A DNA stretch of 64,000 nucleotides, taken from an uncultured euryarchaeote (GTDB lineage Archaea > Thermoplasmatota > Poseidoniia > Poseidoniales > Poseidoniaceae). The stretch spans positions 66,102 to 130,101 of the forward strand of contig CALBIL010000038.1 of assembly GCA_937892945.1 (NCBI GenBank), read 5' to 3'. Shown here in pieces: positions 43,833 to 53,423 of the stretch. The notes under the pieces are model-generated. The model saw only the letters and a list, made by a program, of their open reading frames with translations. It did no database searches and was not told where the DNA came from. A program made the translations under genes and the position numbers. Every line of letters begins with the position of its first letter. Position 1 is the stretch's first letter.

Positions 43833-44333
43833 ATGGAGGCCGCACACAACCGATACACCATGTCGACATGGGAAACAGTTCACTTGGAAACAGAAAGTTT
43901 CGATGAAGTCACTGAAAAAACGATGGATGGAAAGACATTGGGACTTGAGGCTGAACCTCAACAACTCCATGCTGAGTTCCATATTCAAGCCGGACATTTA
44001 TCGGATGTTCAAATCAACCATCAACGCGTCCTCACTGCATCAGGAATGATTCCAGAAACACATCTTGCTGAAATAGAACCTGAGCGACGTTTGGCTTGGA
44101 TGGTTGACCAATTGCACGGAACCGTGAACCCTGATGGACTCATGATACCGCTCCATGGAGCCAACGATTCTGACATTCAAGTTTCAACTCTTGAAGATGA
44201 AACGCAACGTCAATTACGTATTATCGTCAAGGAAGCTGGCCATGACGACCTGCTACGCATCCTCCCATTACCGGCTGAAGCAAGTGAAATCAGTGCCCAT
44301 TTCATCAATGGTCGACTTCATCTCCGCTGGTGA
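43833..44333 (+). CDS. Hypothetical protein with weak Hsp20/alpha-crystallin-like C-terminal motif
   Basis: LLRILPLPAEASEISAHFINGRLHLRW resembles the Hsp20 C-terminal beta-strand pattern. Start taken at the internal ATG 43833; the track ORF at 43731 overlaps the helicase 3' end. Confidence 0.3.
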   Translation: MEAAHNRYTMSTWETVHLETESFDEVTEKTMDGKTLGLEAEPQQLHAEFHIQAGHLSDVQINHQRVLTASGMIPETHLAEIEPERRLAWMVDQLHGTVNPDGLMIPLHGANDSDIQVSTLEDETQRQLRIIVKEAGHDDLLRILPLPAEASEISAHFINGRLHLRW

Positions 44334-44338
44334 GTTTC

Positions 44339-47300
44339 TCAACGTGCAGGAATCGCTTTGAGTGTTGAGATCTCTTGACCCATTCGTTCCAAAGCAAGTT
44401 GGGCTGCTTCTTGATGTTGCGGACCCATTTCCTCACGACCGTAACGTGCTTGCTCAAACATATTGTCAAGAGCAAGTAACGCTTCATCAGAAATCTGCGG
44501 CATTGCTTGACGAATTGCCATCTCGAATTCACGAACTGTTTCGAAATCACGACGCAAGAATCCGTGTTCTTGGAAAGCAGCACAGAGATTCTGATAACAC
44601 GTGAAGATTGCTTCACGGATTGAGTCGCCCGCAGCCAACAACTCAGCCGTATACGCAAATATCTCAGCAGCTTCTTCCATTAATTCTGAAGACTTACGGC
44701 GGCGGTAGAGGAGGGTACCTGCACCTGCCAGTCCGAAGATGAGAAGGGTGAGAATATACGCCCATGCAGGAATTTTCGTTGCTGCTTCCTGGTATTCATA
44801 TGAAGGGGCAAATGCATCACCGGACAGTAAAGCAAACTCAGATAATGTTTGTTCTGAGAGCCGAGGGTCGTTGATAAGAATCTCCATGTATAATTCGCCC
44901 CAAGCATCTGTGTCACCATATGGAGGGTCAGAATTGAAATCAAACTCTGCAACACCATCGGCATTCGTAAGTGGTTGCTGAACATCGCCAAGTTGAGTTC
45001 CATTCTCCGTGTAGAGATAAATGGCGACTGCAATTCCATCAACACCCTGTCGAGTATCTTGTGCCGTAATGAGAATACTTCCTCCAATGTCCTCTTGTTC
45101 ATCCTCGATGATACCATCCAGAGATACAACAATGTCTGCATTAATTTTGACAAAGATCAAGTGACTCACACTTGCCGAGTTGAGATAATGGATATCTTGA
45201 CGAGAAGTTTCCAGATGCAAGTATTGAGTTCCAGCACCAAGGAAGGCAGGTGCAGTCGTAGTTAGGGAGAAGTTTCCATTCGACCAATCAATAACGAGAT
45301 TTTCTAAGCAACGCGCCCCATCCTTCTGGGCCAAACATTGTGAACCATTACCAAGATACAGTGTGACATTGTCAAACACTTCACCAAGTCCTCCAATTTC
45401 AGAGACTGAACCGGTCAGTATGATCGGTGCAAAGGTTGAATCGGAACGAACCACAATGTTTGCAGAGGTTGCATCGATGGTGATTCTGGCATTTGCCCAC
45501 ACGGTCGCAGCACCAGTTGCTTGAGTCCCAAGATGGGCCTCAGTGCCTTCATAGAAGATTGTGAAGAGGTGGTCGCCACGAGCTAAATCGGAAGTTGCAG
45601 GTACGAGTATTGACCAACTACCATCGGAACCTGTAACGAGGGTTGCAATCTCAACGTCATCTAAGCGAAGACTGAGATCCATCCCACTCAAGCCGTCGTT
45701 ATTGACAGAATCAATGTCAAACAAACGACCTGACAGAGCCCAGAAATTACCGCGAGTTACATCTTTACCCTCATCGAAGATGAAAGTAACATCTGAGCGA
45801 TGGGCCAAGAAGAAGGAAGTATTGCCTGTGTCTGAACGATAGTAGCCTTGTGCATCCACATTTGCAAACAAGAGGTGGTCGCCAAATCCAAAGGTATCTG
45901 GAACGGTCCAAGTGAAAGTAAACATCCCTTCTGCATCTGTAACAACGGTCGCAATGATGAGGCCTTCGACTTCAAGAAGCACCGTATGGCCGGAGATTCC
46001 AGAGAGTTGATTATCGACGACAGTACCGGTGATGGTTGTATTCTGACCGACTGCGACTGGGCTTTCCATCGAAACTGTGACCAATATTGGACTGTATACA
46101 GTCCATGTCCCAATTGCATTACTTGGCAGATAGAAGGTTGTGCCTGTGAAACGAATCTCCAGCGAAATTGGACCGAGTTGGGCATCAGCAGGTACTGGGT
46201 AAACTGCGGTAAAGAGACCTGTTTCATCAGTCGTCACATTCGTCATCCATTGACCGTCAAGCCAAACTTCAACTGTGAGGTTGTCCAAAGGTACGTCAAC
46301 CAAATCCAGCAAACGCCCTTCAAGAGTCATTGTTGCTTCGCGGTCAACTGTCCCGGTAGGCGTCAAAAGAATAATTTTAGTAGGTACACTGACATTGAAG
46401 TTGACTTGTGCACTGCTAGGGAGGTAGAAATCAGGGTTTGCAGGGTCACCGACGCCAACGGGGTCGACCCAATCGCGTCCACCAAGGAAACGTACTTCAA
46501 TCAAATGTGCTCCAGCAGAGGTGTCCTCTGGCAATGTCCAACCGATTGAAAAGTTCCCACTCAATGCATTCGTTTCAATACTCGAAACTGGGATTCCATC
46601 GACAAGAAGATGAACAATTGCAAGTGATGAGATCCCGTTGATTGTGAGTGTTTGATTTAGGCTATCGAACAATGTCCCTTCGACTGTGAACGAGTCTCCT
46701 GCTACAAGTGTTGAAGGGGATGAGGAAATCATAAGATTCGTCTGAGCAAGAACAACGAATTGTGTTGAGGTATTTGAGCCGATCAAACCAGTTGTCCCCG
46801 GAGTCCCAGCAAAAGTCACGTGCAGGTCATTGAAACCAATGGATTGGTTATTTGGAACGGTAAGTACACCTACGCCTGTCCCATTTTCAAAGGTCGTGAG
46901 GATGATGCTTACATCTGTACCAATAAGCGTAACAACGACCTGTTGTGCTGCAACTGCAGACTGAGTATTGTCACGTAAGAGCACCTGAATTTGTACATCA
47001 TCACCACGTTCAGTACGGTCATTCAAAGATGGTAAACCAATACCATCAAGTGAAGGTTGAACGAAGATAAGGGAGGTAAACCCTCGACTATCGAAAGAGG
47101 TGTTCATCGTCGAACCAATGTAGTAATTGACGTTTGGAATAAATGAGGCATCGAGAGAATTGTTTCCTGCTTCGAAGCCTTCACCAAGAAGGATGGTCGC
47201 GGACCATATTCCACCTGTGGTGACTGAACCACCCGTCACCGAAAAGCCAGTGGTTTGGCCGTTGAGACTGAACAAAATATTCGAAGGCAAGACACTGCCA

Positions 47301-50300
47301 TCGCGTTGTTCAAGCCCACTTCCATTGTCACTGGTTACCGTACCGGTGACATTGAATGAAGTACCAGCAACAGGGTTCGCTGCAATTGGATCAACCACCA
47401 TAATGGTCGTCGAGCGAATGGTAATGGTTGAAAGGTTCACTTGTGTATTCAATAAGTCTGAAGAACCGTTGAACACCAATGAGACAATAATTAATCCAAG
47501 TGGATGTGACATTGGTATTTGGTGACTGAAGTTCGCATAGCCTTCACCATCTGTTTGAGTACCTACTAACCATGTTTCATGAAATTGAATATCGACATCG
47601 AATCCGGATAATGGTGCAAAGAGATTCGATGATTCCATTAAACGTCCAGTGATGTTAATTGAATCTCCACGATTTACGGTGACTGGAATTAACGGTTGGA
47701 GATTATTAAATTGACTTACACCCATCACTAACATTCCATTTTGTGAAGTGGAAGTGAGGTAGAAAGGTGAAGAGTCTTCATTCACACTCAAAACGAGAAT
47801 CTTGTTACCACGTTCAGTACCATTGCCGGAAGTATCGGTTGGAATACTCATATTGAAAGTTCCATTTGAAGTTGTCAGATAGGTACCTACCAACAGTTCA
47901 TCAGGATTATTCAACCAGAATGCAGACATTTCAACTGGAGTTGTAAGAGGACGTGCAGTATTATCTCCGTCGAGAACTTGACCGATGACATTGAAATTTA
48001 ATCCAGCTGTTGTCACAGTAGGAATCGAATCGATTCGGATTTCACTCGGAACTTGAACGGTGAGGTTGATGATGGAGGAGTTGCCCGTGCGACGTGAATT
48101 ACCTTGCCCAAGAGCGTCGGTTAAATCATCATAAACAATCACCAACACATCATAATAGCCAGGTGAAACGCCTGTTGCCGTCCATTGGAGAGTCGAATTA
48201 CCTTCAGCATCTGAAGTATCAAGACCCAATGAAACATTGGTGTTCCCCCAATCAAAGATGTATTCGACTGAAGCACCAGATATGTTTGATTTGTCGGCGA
48301 CATCACGAATTGTCGTATTGAAATCAATTGCTTGGTTGACTTCAACGATTAAGGAACTGCGTTCAGGTTCAACTACAAACTCTGACTCAATGCCAACAAG
48401 TGTTGATGGGAAAGTAGGCGCAGCAGGTGGAACAGAAGTATCGACAAGTCGGAAATATGCGCCACCGGCCGGAGCCATCGAGTCAAAGTCCATATTCAGA
48501 AGGAATTCATATGAATCTGAAGGATTTGTCGTTGGAACCGTGAAGTTGAGAAGGAAACTTCCTGTCGTATTGTTTAACAATCCTTGTGAAAGGTCGATCG
48601 GCATACCATCCGGTGTCATCATGATCACAGAAAGCATGGTAATATTGTCGCCAAGTACACTCAGGTTTGTGTATTGAGCGTCAAAGATATCTCCAATCAA
48701 ATAACTCGAATTACCCAAGTGGGTCCAATCTTGCCCGAGGGTCAAATTCCATCCGACTTCAGCAGCAACGCGCACCATGCCCATGCCGCTCGAGGGTTGA
48801 TACAAATCTGAACCGTTGAATACGATGTCAAACGAGTAATCACCAGCAAACAAAGTCGAATCAATTAACCAATTAATGGTCAATGTTTCAGATTGTGGGT
48901 CGACGGTGGTATTAATCCAGTTTCCGTTAAAAGAGAAATCAAAATTTCCAGAGAGAAGGAGGTCTGAATTAACACCACGATGGTCGACTGCGGTGACTAA
49001 GACTGTTGCTTCAGACCCTCTTAACTGGGCGGAGGCTTGAACTTCGAAATCAAGTGTCCCTCGCAGGAGATAAGGGCCACCTGCAGTGATGTTTGCATCA
49101 TCTGTTGCTTCAATTGCATCCGGGAAGAAACGGAGTTGAATTTCGAGTACTCCTGCCATGACTTGGGTATCTGCTGCCAAGAGTAAATGTTGGATACTAA
49201 ATGACCCATTGACACTTTGGTTAAACACTTGAACCCAGTCTTGTGAAGATCCGTTTTCTCGAATTGAGAATGAAAGATTACCTGGCATTGCGACAGGAGA
49301 TGCTCCAGTCGTCAGGGTAGAACCGTTCACCCAGAGATCATCTCCGATAAGGATGACACTCTTATTAGCAAGAGGTCCTTCAAGAGTGGCAGTTAAATTC
49401 GGTGCATCGCGCACATCAATTACAATCGAAGCGGTCGAAGGACGTAAATGGAATTGAGTCGGAGTTATGCCGGTAGCTTGCGTATCTTGCCATCCAGAGA
49501 AGCCAAGAGTTGCAGAAAGATTCGTTTTCGTCTCGAGTGGGTCGAGGTCTAAATCAAAACTCCAAGTACCATCGATATTCATAAAACTGCTCAAATTTGT
49601 GAAACCTGTCACCGATGAAGTGTACGTTAACCAAACCGATGGTGGTGTCAAATCATTGACGCCAAGATTTGCAATATTGTTTTGTGGAGCATTCTCCAAA
49701 GAGAGTCGCCCTTCAATTACTGTCATGGCACCAGCACCAGCAATTGGAGCATTGATTGCATTGGGAGCAGTGTGATTAAGAATTGAATCATCGGTGACGT
49801 TGATGTATCCATCAAAAATCACGCCTGCTTCGGCTACATACCCGGATTGAACGAGTTTGACAACGACGCGATACATTCCTGGGCCGTCTAATTCAGGAGG
49901 AATTCCAATGAAACTAAAGGTTCCATTCGAAAGCGTAGTGGTTGAACCAATCTCGAAGTTTGGAATAGCAGCTTGTCCGGGGACATCATTTTGCAATCCC
50001 ATTGGAACAAGGTAGCCTAAAAGTATGTGATCCGCAATAGAAGATGTGTTTTCAGTGAAGCGGAGTTGTCCAGTGACATTGAGCAAGGTCGTCCCATCAC
50101 GGTCGAGGGTTAAGGAAGAAAGAGTTTGATTCACAATTTCAACTTCTTCAGCCGCAGGACAGGCGTCGAATGCAATCCATCCAAGTTCAGTATCTCCATT
50201 CGCTGAATTTTGTTGCAATCGGACTTCACCCCAAGTGGACAAATGGGTTGGGTACAGTGAATAGCCATCACCGTTCCAAATACCGCCAGAGAAACCGGTC

Positions 50301-53300
50301 ACCATACGAGCAGGTAATCCAGCAAGGCGAGCCATCGTAACGAATGCTGTATTAAATTCTGAACAAGTTCCTTCAAATGCAGCTTGGACTAAAGTTACGC
50401 TCAAATCTTCGGAAGAAGGGATTCCAGAGCCGTTGTAATTACGCTTGAAATCAGTGGTTGCATTTCCTTCAGTCAGGAAAGTCTGCAAGGCTGTTGCACT
50501 GTCATAAGCATTGGTTGCACCTGCCTCAGTAATGACTGCAGTTGTAACATTGAGGAGGTACGAATTCGGGTGCGAGGGGTCGTTAAAGGTAGGCGGTAAA
50601 ATCAATTCATAACTTGAGTTCGTGCCCGGTACTGTCGTTGATGCAAGTGTTGCCCAATCGAAGTAATACTCTGGTTGTTGGACATAAATTTCTTGAATTG
50701 GCCCATTAAGAACTCGGATGTTATGAGTATCATTCGATCGTAGTAACTCTCCAGCAATGTCCACGTAAAACGATACATTAGAGAGTGAATAGGGGACGGG
50801 GAGATTACCCGATATTGATGGATTTTGATAAGTAATCATCCAATCAAGAGTTTCGTTCGAAAAGGTAAGGTCACCAAGATGAGTTAGATTCGAGTAAGGG
50901 AGAATCATGGGTTCAAATGGATGAATCGCTTCAAGATGCGCATAGGTTGTACCTGTGTAGAAATCATTGGTCGTTTGGCGCCATCGATGAATTGAATCGA
51001 TATCGACGACACCTGAGGTATTGTTTGCCCAAAAGACAACTTCTGAAGAAATCAAATCGTCGGTTGGGTCAAAAGGATCGAAAGGTGAACCTTGACATCC
51101 GACAATCCAAAACTCTTGAGGGCATTCGAGGCCATCAATCATCCCACCGCCGTCGGTATCCGGGTTGGTCCAATCAGTTCCTGTTTGATTCTCAACAGCA
51201 TCAGGAATACCGTCACCATCAAAATCAGCAGGCAATAAGTCATCAGTCGGATCGTTTTCAGGGTTCGTACCATCAAAATATTCATCGCGATCCCCAACAC
51301 CACCAGCATCTGTATCGCTCGTCACATCGCTTGTAACCCATACATCTGTCGAACCGTTGAGGATTCCAATCCACGAAAGATCGCAGCCTGTTGTCGCTTC
51401 AAAATAATTGTTCAATCCATCAAGATCATCATCGAGTAAATTCGTGCAGGGTTGGTTGGGGTCCGTGTTGTCAAAGACTTCATCAAAATCATTCACACCA
51501 TCTGCGTCAGTATCCGCGAGCGTAGGATTCGAAAACCAACCAAACGTTCCGAGTAATTCTTGCCAATCTGCAAGGCCATCTCCATCTGAATCTGAATAAT
51601 CATCATCACAATATTGCTGAGTTGTGCCAATTGTCCCACTGGCTGTTGCCGATGTGTGGCAGAAAGACCCGTTGCGATTTGAGACTTGCGTGACACCTGA
51701 ATTTGGAGCGGTTGATACGCCTTGTATGGCATTATTCACCGTACCTGCATAAGCAAAAGCAATCCAGGTGCCAGAAGTGTTGTACCACCCCACACCACCG
51801 CTTGGATTGAATCCTGTCCCATCGAGAACTTGGAGTTGGCTGGTACCTGCAGCCCAAGATACAATGGTCGTTTCAAAGTTGATTATCGAGTCGCAAGGGT
51901 CCGTTCCATGCGAAACATTGCGTTCATCACCATCATTGATTCCACCGAAATCGGTATCGGCAATATCCCAAGTGGTGCATGAAAGGTTTTCTTCCCAATT
52001 CTGAATCCCATCATTGTCTTCATCACCGGAATCTTCCATTCTCGTAGGGTCGGTTTCACCTGCATCCAAAACACCATTAAAATTGGTATCTTCTTCACCA
52101 TCGTCAAAGGCGTCCCCGTCGGTGTTATTGTTACGCGGATCGCTTGGTTGAGGAGGTATTCCATAAGCACCGTTAACTTCAACGCCGTCATCAATACCAT
52201 CGCGGTCGGTATCTGCAGAAGTTGGGTCTGTCAAGAGCGTCAATGCTTCATAGGAATCGTTTAATCCGTCACCATCAGTATCTGCGCGCTGTGGATTTGT
52301 ACTCGTAATGCCATCGACTTCGGCAGTCAAAGCAGCACAACCACCTGGCCCAATTCCGGACACAGGGTCACAAGGCGAAGTGGTTTCTGTAACAACTCCA
52401 TCAGGACCGTTCCGGAAACAAGGTGAAGTACCACACATTGTGGTCCATGATGGATTGACATATTCCATGAGATTGGTGAGCCCGTCTCCATCTGGGTCGC
52501 CATTTGGCCCATCAGCATTGGAAGCGGAAGTTGCATTGAGGCCATTCGCGGCCTCCCAACCGTCATTCATTCCATCGCCGTCGGTATCCCAACCGGCCAC
52601 GTCTTCATCAGCAATGCCATCACCGTCATCATCGTTGGATGAGCAATCTGCATCCCCGTCATTATCGGGATCGGCAGAATCAACCAAGCCGTCTTTATCG
52701 TCATCGAAACCATTCGTACAAATATTGCCTACTGGGTCTTCGTCGCAAAGAATCACACTGCCGGTGCCGTCTGAGCCACTATCACCGCAACCAGGTCTGT
52801 TGTACTGCAGGGCTCCTTCTTCATTCCAATCATTGACTGGAACTGTACCGTTCCACCAAACACCCTGATCAAGAACACCTGGTGTTGAAGAGCTGTCCCA
52901 ATTTTGAGGTTGCAAGTAAGAATATTCTTGTAAATTTGACATCCCATCGCCATCAGGGTCGCCAACTGCTCCATCTCCGCCGTTACTCGAAAGAGGGTCA
53001 AGGCCATATTGCCACTCCCATCCATCGGGCAAACCATCGTTATCAGAATCGGGGTCATTTGGAGCTGTATTCATGAGGTATTCCAAACCATACGTCAAAC
53101 CATCTCCATCTTGGTCAGAAGCGGCCAGAACATCCATCGAAATATACGGAATTGCAGCAAAAGTTGAGAGCACCATCAAGGCCGCTAGGGAGAACGATTT
53201 GAAGGCGTTACGATGCTGAAGAATCTGCCATTGGAAGCGCGGCTCGGAGGGAGAAACAGTCGTGCGCATTGGATTCACTGTTGACGGGCTGGTTTGATGC

Positions 53301-53407
53301 CTCATAAGGGAAATGGTACGATGTTCATACAATGCTTCACTTTGAGGGGTGGTCGTGAAGAGTAAATACGAAACAAACAGCCACGCAGTAAAGCGTATAC
53401 ACTTCAA
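44339..53407 (-). CDS. Giant surface protein (3022 aa): N-terminal TSP3-like repeats, extracellular transglutaminase-like Cys/His/Asp core, ~2000 aa of repeated beta-sandwich-like domains, single TM, DUF4129-like cytoplasmic tail
   Basis: Transglutaminase core: EGTCSEFNTAFVTMARLAGLPARMVTGF, HLSTWGEV, GWIAFDA, located around 50100-50420. TM: AWAYILTLLIFGLAGAGTLLY RRRK. Tail: TVREFEMAIRQAMPQISDEALLALDNMFEQARYGREEM. Confidence 0.85.
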   Translation of the reverse strand: MKCIRFTAWLFVSYLLFTTTPQSEALYEHRTISLMRHQTSPSTVNPMRTTVSPSEPRFQWQILQHRNAFKSFSLAALMVLSTFAAIPYISMDVLAASDQDGDGLTYGLEYLMNTAPNDPDSDNDGLPDGWEWQYGLDPLSSNGGDGAVGDPDGDGMSNLQEYSYLQPQNWDSSSTPGVLDQGVWWNGTVPVNDWNEEGALQYNRPGCGDSGSDGTGSVILCDEDPVGNICTNGFDDDKDGLVDSADPDNDGDADCSSNDDDGDGIADEDVAGWDTDGDGMNDGWEAANGLNATSASNADGPNGDPDGDGLTNLMEYVNPSWTTMCGTSPCFRNGPDGVVTETTSPCDPVSGIGPGGCAALTAEVDGITSTNPQRADTDGDGLNDSYEALTLLTDPTSADTDRDGIDDGVEVNGAYGIPPQPSDPRNNNTDGDAFDDGEEDTNFNGVLDAGETDPTRMEDSGDEDNDGIQNWEENLSCTTWDIADTDFGGINDGDERNVSHGTDPCDSIINFETTIVSWAAGTSQLQVLDGTGFNPSGGVGWYNTSGTWIAFAYAGTVNNAIQGVSTAPNSGVTQVSNRNGSFCHTSATASGTIGTTQQYCDDDYSDSDGDGLADWQELLGTFGWFSNPTLADTDADGVNDFDEVFDNTDPNQPCTNLLDDDLDGLNNYFEATTGCDLSWIGILNGSTDVWVTSDVTSDTDAGGVGDRDEYFDGTNPENDPTDDLLPADFDGDGIPDAVENQTGTDWTNPDTDGGGMIDGLECPQEFWIVGCQGSPFDPFDPTDDLISSEVVFWANNTSGVVDIDSIHRWRQTTNDFYTGTTYAHLEAIHPFEPMILPYSNLTHLGDLTFSNETLDWMITYQNPSISGNLPVPYSLSNVSFYVDIAGELLRSNDTHNIRVLNGPIQEIYVQQPEYYFDWATLASTTVPGTNSSYELILPPTFNDPSHPNSYLLNVTTAVITEAGATNAYDSATALQTFLTEGNATTDFKRNYNGSGIPSSEDLSVTLVQAAFEGTCSEFNTAFVTMARLAGLPARMVTGFSGGIWNGDGYSLYPTHLSTWGEVRLQQNSANGDTELGWIAFDACPAAEEVEIVNQTLSSLTLDRDGTTLLNVTGQLRFTENTSSIADHILLGYLVPMGLQNDVPGQAAIPNFEIGSTTTLSNGTFSFIGIPPELDGPGMYRVVVKLVQSGYVAEAGVIFDGYINVTDDSILNHTAPNAINAPIAGAGAMTVIEGRLSLENAPQNNIANLGVNDLTPPSVWLTYTSSVTGFTNLSSFMNIDGTWSFDLDLDPLETKTNLSATLGFSGWQDTQATGITPTQFHLRPSTASIVIDVRDAPNLTATLEGPLANKSVILIGDDLWVNGSTLTTGASPVAMPGNLSFSIRENGSSQDWVQVFNQSVNGSFSIQHLLLAADTQVMAGVLEIQLRFFPDAIEATDDANITAGGPYLLRGTLDFEVQASAQLRGSEATVLVTAVDHRGVNSDLLLSGNFDFSFNGNWINTTVDPQSETLTINWLIDSTLFAGDYSFDIVFNGSDLYQPSSGMGMVRVAAEVGWNLTLGQDWTHLGNSSYLIGDIFDAQYTNLSVLGDNITMLSVIMMTPDGMPIDLSQGLLNNTTGSFLLNFTVPTTNPSDSYEFLLNMDFDSMAPAGGAYFRLVDTSVPPAAPTFPSTLVGIESEFVVEPERSSLIVEVNQAIDFNTTIRDVADKSNISGASVEYIFDWGNTNVSLGLDTSDAEGNSTLQWTATGVSPGYYDVLVIVYDDLTDALGQGNSRRTGNSSIINLTVQVPSEIRIDSIPTVTTAGLNFNVIGQVLDGDNTARPLTTPVEMSAFWLNNPDELLVGTYLTTSNGTFNMSIPTDTSGNGTERGNKILVLSVNEDSSPFYLTSTSQNGMLVMGVSQFNNLQPLIPVTVNRGDSINITGRLMESSNLFAPLSGFDVDIQFHETWLVGTQTDGEGYANFSHQIPMSHPLGLIIVSLVFNGSSDLLNTQVNLSTITIRSTTIMVVDPIAANPVAGTSFNVTGTVTSDNGSGLEQRDGSVLPSNILFSLNGQTTGFSVTGGSVTTGGIWSATILLGEGFEAGNNSLDASFIPNVNYYIGSTMNTSFDSRGFTSLIFVQPSLDGIGLPSLNDRTERGDDVQIQVLLRDNTQSAVAAQQVVVTLIGTDVSIILTTFENGTGVGVLTVPNNQSIGFNDLHVTFAGTPGTTGLIGSNTSTQFVVLAQTNLMISSSPSTLVAGDSFTVEGTLFDSLNQTLTINGISSLAIVHLLVDGIPVSSIETNALSGNFSIGWTLPEDTSAGAHLIEVRFLGGRDWVDPVGVGDPANPDFYLPSSAQVNFNVSVPTKIILLTPTGTVDREATMTLEGRLLDLVDVPLDNLTVEVWLDGQWMTNVTTDETGLFTAVYPVPADAQLGPISLEIRFTGTTFYLPSNAIGTWTVYSPILVTVSMESPVAVGQNTTITGTVVDNQLSGISGHTVLLEVEGLIIATVVTDAEGMFTFTWTVPDTFGFGDHLLFANVDAQGYYRSDTGNTSFFLAHRSDVTFIFDEGKDVTRGNFWALSGRLFDIDSVNNDGLSGMDLSLRLDDVEIATLVTGSDGSWSILVPATSDLARGDHLFTIFYEGTEAHLGTQATGAATVWANARITIDATSANIVVRSDSTFAPIILTGSVSEIGGLGEVFDNVTLYLGNGSQCLAQKDGARCLENLVIDWSNGNFSLTTTAPAFLGAGTQYLHLETSRQDIHYLNSASVSHLIFVKINADIVVSLDGIIEDEQEDIGGSILITAQDTRQGVDGIAVAIYLYTENGTQLGDVQQPLTNADGVAEFDFNSDPPYGDTDAWGELYMEILINDPRLSEQTLSEFALLSGDAFAPSYEYQEAATKIPAWAYILTLLIFGLAGAGTLLYRRRKSSELMEEAAEIFAYTAELLAAGDSIREAIFTCYQNLCAAFQEHGFLRRDFETVREFEMAIRQAMPQISDEALLALDNMFEQARYGREEMGPQHQEAAQLALERMGQEISTLKAIPAR

Positions 53408-53423
53408 AGAAACAGGAAATTAC

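Noticed and set aside
45848-46549. 233-aa Cys-rich plus ORF and 186-aa Pro/Ser-rich ORF (52308-52868) inside the 3022-aa gene
   Set aside because: They are antisense to a continuous 9-kb ORF with clear domain content. The composition is an artefact of the Asp/Gly/Thr codons on the other strand.
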